The notes under the pieces: generated by a model
Database searches by the model: none
What the model saw: only the letters and a program-made list of their open reading frames with translations
What the model was told of the DNA's origin: nothing
Part shown: in pieces, positions 37,030 to 40,190 of the stretch
Layout: the number at the start of each line of letters is the position of its first letter
Numbering within the stretch: the stretch's first letter is position 1
Assembly (NCBI GenBank): GCA_050116375.1
Contig: JASFOT010000001.1
Coordinates: 1 to 40,190, forward strand
Origin: Gammaproteobacteria bacterium
GTDB lineage: Bacteria; Pseudomonadota; Gammaproteobacteria; Steroidobacterales; XN24
Direction of reading: 5' to 3'
Length of the DNA stretch: 40,190 nucleotides
Position numbers and translations under genes: made by a program

Positions 37030-38145
37030 ATGAACGACCCTGCAAACCCGCCGCCGGGTACCGAGGCACCAGCCGTCTGGGTCCTGCTCGGCCACAAGGC
37101 TGGGGACAACAATCAGGTCATCGCCCTGGCGGAGAGCCTCGGGGTCCCGTTCGCGGAAAAACGCATGCGTTATCGACCCACCGAACTCTGGAGCAACCTG
37201 CTCCTGGGTCCGAATCTGCTGGGGATAAGTCGCGTTTGTGCGGGACAGCTGAGGCCACCCTGGCCGAAGCTGGTCATATCTGCCGGTCGCCGGAACGAGC
37301 CGGTCGCCAGGTGGATACGGCAACAGGCCGGGCCCGCCGTACGCCTGGTTCACATCGGTCGACCATGGGCGCGTCCGGAGCGTTACGACCTGATCATTTC
37401 CACGCCGCAGTACTGCCTCGACCGTTACCCGAACGTCATGATCTTCGAACTGCCCCTGCACCGGATCGCAGAGGATCGTCTGGAGATGGCCGCGCTGACC
37501 TGGCGTGACCGGCTCGCCCACCTGCCGGCGCCGCGGATCGCCGTCCTGGTGGGGGGGGAATCCGGCGGATTCCATCTGGATCGGGCAAAAGCTGCGCGGC
37601 TTGGGCGGGAGGCCGATCGCCTGGCACAAGGTCTGGGCGGATCGCTGATGATTTCGACCAGCGCGCGAACCCCGCGGCATGCAGCCAGGGAACTGACCGC
37701 TGAACTGCGCTCACCCTTCTTTCTTTTTGATTGGCATGCCGGGGGCGCGGACAACCCCTACCTGGCTTTTCTAGCCATGGCAGATCGGTTCATCGTCACC
37801 GGCGAGAGCATGTCGATGCTGACCGAGGCCTGCGCCACCAGGCGGCCTGTCTACATCTTCGATATGTCCGACAGGCCGGGCTCGGGTCGGGAATCAGCGC
37901 CTGCAGACCTGTTCGGACGCATCGCCAATTCGCTCCGCTACCGCGCCATCACCCACCGCCTCGCGCAGCATCTGGCGCCTGTCAGGATGCGGCGCGACGT
38001 ATCACGGCTGCACCGCGCGCTGATCGGCTCCGGTCGGGCAGCGTGGCTGGGTGAGGAATTTCCCCAAGCGCCCCCGCCTCCCCTGCCGGACGCCACCGGC
38101 GCCACCGAGAGGGTGCGGGAGCTGCTGGAATCGCGACAGCGGTGA
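37030..38145 (+). CDS. ELM1/DUF1022 family protein, putative GT-B-type glycosyltransferase (paralog c)
   Basis: 371 aa: VWVLLGHKAGDNNQV, PWPKLVISAGRR, AVLVGGESG, STSARTP, NPYLAFLAMADRFIVTGESMSMLTEA. It is closest to paralog b. Confidence 0.72.
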   Translation: MNDPANPPPGTEAPAVWVLLGHKAGDNNQVIALAESLGVPFAEKRMRYRPTELWSNLLLGPNLLGISRVCAGQLRPPWPKLVISAGRRNEPVARWIRQQAGPAVRLVHIGRPWARPERYDLIISTPQYCLDRYPNVMIFELPLHRIAEDRLEMAALTWRDRLAHLPAPRIAVLVGGESGGFHLDRAKAARLGREADRLAQGLGGSLMISTSARTPRHAARELTAELRSPFFLFDWHAGGADNPYLAFLAMADRFIVTGESMSMLTEACATRRPVYIFDMSDRPGSGRESAPADLFGRIANSLRYRAITHRLAQHLAPVRMRRDVSRLHRALIGSGRAAWLGEEFPQAPPPPLPDATGATERVRELLESRQR

Positions 38146-38169
38146 CCCTGTCGCTTCCGAGCCCGCCCC

Positions 38170-39105
38170 TCAGGCGGGGAGCTCCATGGGCAGACTCGGC
38201 GCCGGGGCCAGGGGCGGGGTCCTGTCAACGACTTCGAGCGCATCGTGGCGAACGTGGTTCTTCGACATTTCCTGCCGGAGCATCTCTTCGCTGATGACGC
38301 CCGTGTCCAGACACTCCTTCAGCAGACCGAAGAAAAAGCGCTCCTGGTTCGGATCCGGATGCGCCTTGTAGTTGCCGAGAAAGGCGTACTCACCAAACAG
38401 CTTGCGACGAGCCCGCATCGCCCACGCGACGGGCGGGAACAGCCGGAATCGCTCTGCCGGGCGCCAGTCGGTCGGCAAACCGGTTTTCCACGGCTGGGTC
38501 CTCCGGCGAGTGTTGTGGAGCATCTTGGTCTGACGGGTCAAACGATCGAAATCGTTCCATTCAGGCTCGAAAAAGCCGATGGATTCTCTGTCCTCGAGCT
38601 TCAGGCAGATCCAGGGCTGATAGTCGCGCTTGAATTCGAACATCTCACGGAATCCCTGCTCCGCGTCCCAGTGTCGCAGCTTCGCGCAATCCAGCAGCAT
38701 GACGCTGCTCGCCATACACTTGTCGATGTATCCCTTGGGCCCGGACCTCATCCGGCACATGACGGCCTTGTCTTCCATGTCGCGGCTGAGGAGTTCCCAG
38801 ATATCACCGACGGCGAAAATGTCGGGATCGATAACGACGGCCCGTCCCTGGTAGCCCATAAGTTTCGGCGGCATGAAACGCAGCGGCGTAAACGACTGCA
38901 GGTCGTCGTTCAGCCAGACCCGCTGGACGCCGTCCCGCAGATACATCCTGCCTTCGTGTTCCTGCAGCCAGGGGTAGTCCGCCGTGTCGATGATCTGGAC
39001 ATCGAATTTGTCGGCATTGGGAGAATTCCGCTTGAGTGCGTACTTGGCCACCAGCGCACCGGTGATCTGTTTATGGTTCGTATGGATGAATACGCAGTGA
39101 TCCAC
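38170..39105 (-). CDS. GT8-like (GT-A fold, DxD) glycosyltransferase with conserved C-terminal extension (paralog b)
   Basis: 311 aa, collinear with 27035..27994 over its whole length and roughly two-thirds identical by eye. Shared blocks include WLNDDLQSFTPLRFMPP, VIDPDIFAV.D.WELLSRDM, ASSVMLLDC, TQPWKTGLP, HPDP.QE.FFFGLL.EC and LRQEMS.NH.RHDALE...RTPPLA. Confidence 0.68.
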   Translation of the reverse strand: MDHCVFIHTNHKQITGALVAKYALKRNSPNADKFDVQIIDTADYPWLQEHEGRMYLRDGVQRVWLNDDLQSFTPLRFMPPKLMGYQGRAVVIDPDIFAVGDIWELLSRDMEDKAVMCRMRSGPKGYIDKCMASSVMLLDCAKLRHWDAEQGFREMFEFKRDYQPWICLKLEDRESIGFFEPEWNDFDRLTRQTKMLHNTRRRTQPWKTGLPTDWRPAERFRLFPPVAWAMRARRKLFGEYAFLGNYKAHPDPNQERFFFGLLKECLDTGVISEEMLRQEMSKNHVRHDALEVVDRTPPLAPAPSLPMELPA

Positions 39106-39261
39106 GGCTGCATACCTCGCGCAACTTCGTCAATGACGCCGGCCGGAGAAAGCCCGTGGCTGTCCGCATCGGCTGCGGCATCTCAATGTGCCCAACCGCA
39201 TATTATCGCTTTAACCACCTCATCTTGCGACCTGCCCGGGGGCAGGCGGCGCTGAGGCGCC

Positions 39262-40190
39262 TTATCTCAGAACTCCGCGCCGATACAGTCGCCAGAGCTC
39301 TCCCCAGACGTGAAGCCACGGGCGTCGCCTGACCCGCTCCGGAATCTGCACCGGAACGCCGCTGTGGCGCTCCAGTTTCCAGGCAGCGTAATCCAGCCCG
39401 CCTTCGAATGTGGCAAGGGCTTTCAGCCAGCGCGCCGGACTCATGAGTTTGCCTGTGATCCTGCGTGTCGCCCAGGCGAGCCGGGCGCCGCGGACCCGCC
39501 ACGGCGACACCGAACTGATGAATACCGCCTGCCCTCCCGTGTCCGTCATATCCAGCCCCAGACTCGGGGCCAGCGACGCGGTCAGGCTCCGGTAAAACTG
39601 CGCATTGTCCTCGACCAGCTCCCTCGACCGGCTGCCGGATTCGGGCCGCAGCTCGGTCCCGTAACTCAGTTCCAGCGCGCCGGTCCAGATCTCCAGCGCG
39701 TCCGCCGGCGACCGGGCCAGCGGGATGGTGCGCCTAAGCAGGGTTTCCGCGGCTGCCGCGAGACACCCGACGACGGCCTCCCGGGCCGAAGGGTCGCGGG
39801 CGTATGCCAGAAGACACGGCTGCGCGAATCGGCCCCAGAGGTAAGGGTGAAACCACTTGCCTCCCGTGCCCCGGCGGAAATCCCGGAGACTGATCACGGC
39901 GTACTTGGCGCGGATCTTCCCCCCCTGATCCTCGATCTCCATGTAGCCCACCGATGGCGGAAGAACCGCCGCCAGGAGCCTGTCCCGAACCGTTCTGTAG
40001 GCGGCTGCGTAGGACGTCACGATGACGTAGAGATCCACGATTCCGTCCCGCGGATCGTTCTTCCTGAGGCAGGATCCGTAGAAGACGACCGCAGAAACCG
40101 CGTCTCCGAAGCGCTGGCACATTTCGCCAGCCAGCATGTCGATAGCCCGGGGAGCGGCCTGATTCGAACGGGCGCGGATGATTTTTTCGG
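39262..40190 (-). CDS. Tam41/Mmp37-like nucleotidyltransferase-fold protein (possible lipid-phosphate cytidylyltransferase); N-terminus beyond window edge
   Basis: The track ORF is 39262..40137, but the frame stays open to base 40190 (EKIIRARSNQAAPRAIDMLAGE...). By-eye matches to remembered yeast Tam41 follow. VVFYGSCLRKNDPRDGIVDLYVIV matches FVFGYGSGVFEQ...IDIILGV. AKYAVISLRDF....PYLWGRFAQP matches VKYGVVSMETLLKD...FYLAGRLQKP. LELSYGTELRPE matches ALSYAGDIRYK. GGLDYAAWKLER matches KSIKYAWAKKLK. Confidence 0.55.
   Translation of the reverse strand, partial: EKIIRARSNQAAPRAIDMLAGEMCQRFGDAVSAVVFYGSCLRKNDPRDGIVDLYVIVTSYAAAYRTVRDRLLAAVLPPSVGYMEIEDQGGKIRAKYAVISLRDFRRGTGGKWFHPYLWGRFAQPCLLAYARDPSAREAVVGCLAAAAETLLRRTIPLARSPADALEIWTGALELSYGTELRPESGSRSRELVEDNAQFYRSLTASLAPSLGLDMTDTGGQAVFISSVSPWRVRGARLAWATRRITGKLMSPARWLKALATFEGGLDYAAWKLERHSGVPVQIPERVRRRPWLHVWGELWRLYRRGVLR

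Noticed and set aside
29944-38145. Taking the family name literally (mitochondrial fission ELM1), or the frequent legacy label of nucleoside-diphosphate-sugar epimerase, for the three paralogs.
   Set aside because: A bacterial cell has no mitochondrial fission machinery, and no Rossmann GxxGxxG epimerase motif is present. The motif pattern and context fit a glycosyltransferase-like role better, though this remains unproven.
39228-39260. Two short GC hairpins (CCTGCC-CGGG-GGCAGG and GGCGC-TGAG-GCGCC) just downstream of the Tam41-like gene stop, considered as an intrinsic terminator.
   Set aside because: On the transcribed (minus) strand they are not followed by a U-tract and the stems are only 5-6 bp. 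This is not enough to call a terminator.
26019-40190. Calling the accessory cluster a mobile genomic island.
   Set aside because: No integrase, transposase, tRNA attachment site, flanking direct repeats or phage/plasmid genes are visible. The right boundary is outside the window, and any GC or codon shift is too subtle to assert without computation.
1-40190. Search by eye for CRISPR arrays, tandem repeats, rRNA/tRNA genes and IS elements.
   Set aside because: No regularly spaced direct repeats, no cloverleaf-like segments in the few intergenic gaps, and no transposase-like ORFs were found. This absence is a by-eye assessment and should be confirmed with tRNAscan-SE, Infernal or CRISPR finders.

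Overview
High-GC (by eye about 60-65%) chromosomal segment. Gene content and synteny look gammaproteobacterial, but the species cannot be determined from the sequence alone. Bases 1-25738 are a densely packed housekeeping core: hslR, kbl-tdh, sppA, a four-gene TatT-type TRAP transporter, rpsP-rimM-trmD-rplS, ffh, ypjD/yfjD-like membrane proteins, radA, a Ser/Thr kinase / PP2C phosphatase / FHA trio, alr-dnaB-rplI, rpsF-rpsR, and rlmB-rnr. After a roughly 280 bp non-coding gap, 26019 to the right edge (more than 14 kb) is a very different accessory cluster. It holds three paralogous PAPS-type sulfotransferases, three paralogous ELM1/DUF1022-family proteins (putative GT-B glycosyltransferases) and two paralogous GT8-like DxD glycosyltransferases in inverted orientation. 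It also holds a 2OG-Fe(II) oxygenase, a translationally coupled acyl carrier protein + serine palmitoyltransferase pair, an MsbA-like ABC exporter and a Tam41/Mmp37-like nucleotidyltransferase cut by the window edge. My main hypothesis is that this cluster makes and exports a multiply O-sulfated glyco(sphingo)lipid or a sulfated lipo-oligosaccharide decoration, a combination I do not know to be described. No rRNA, tRNA, CRISPR array, transposase or integrase was recognised. Many long ORFs in the track are antisense or alternative-frame shadows typical of high-GC DNA and were rejected.
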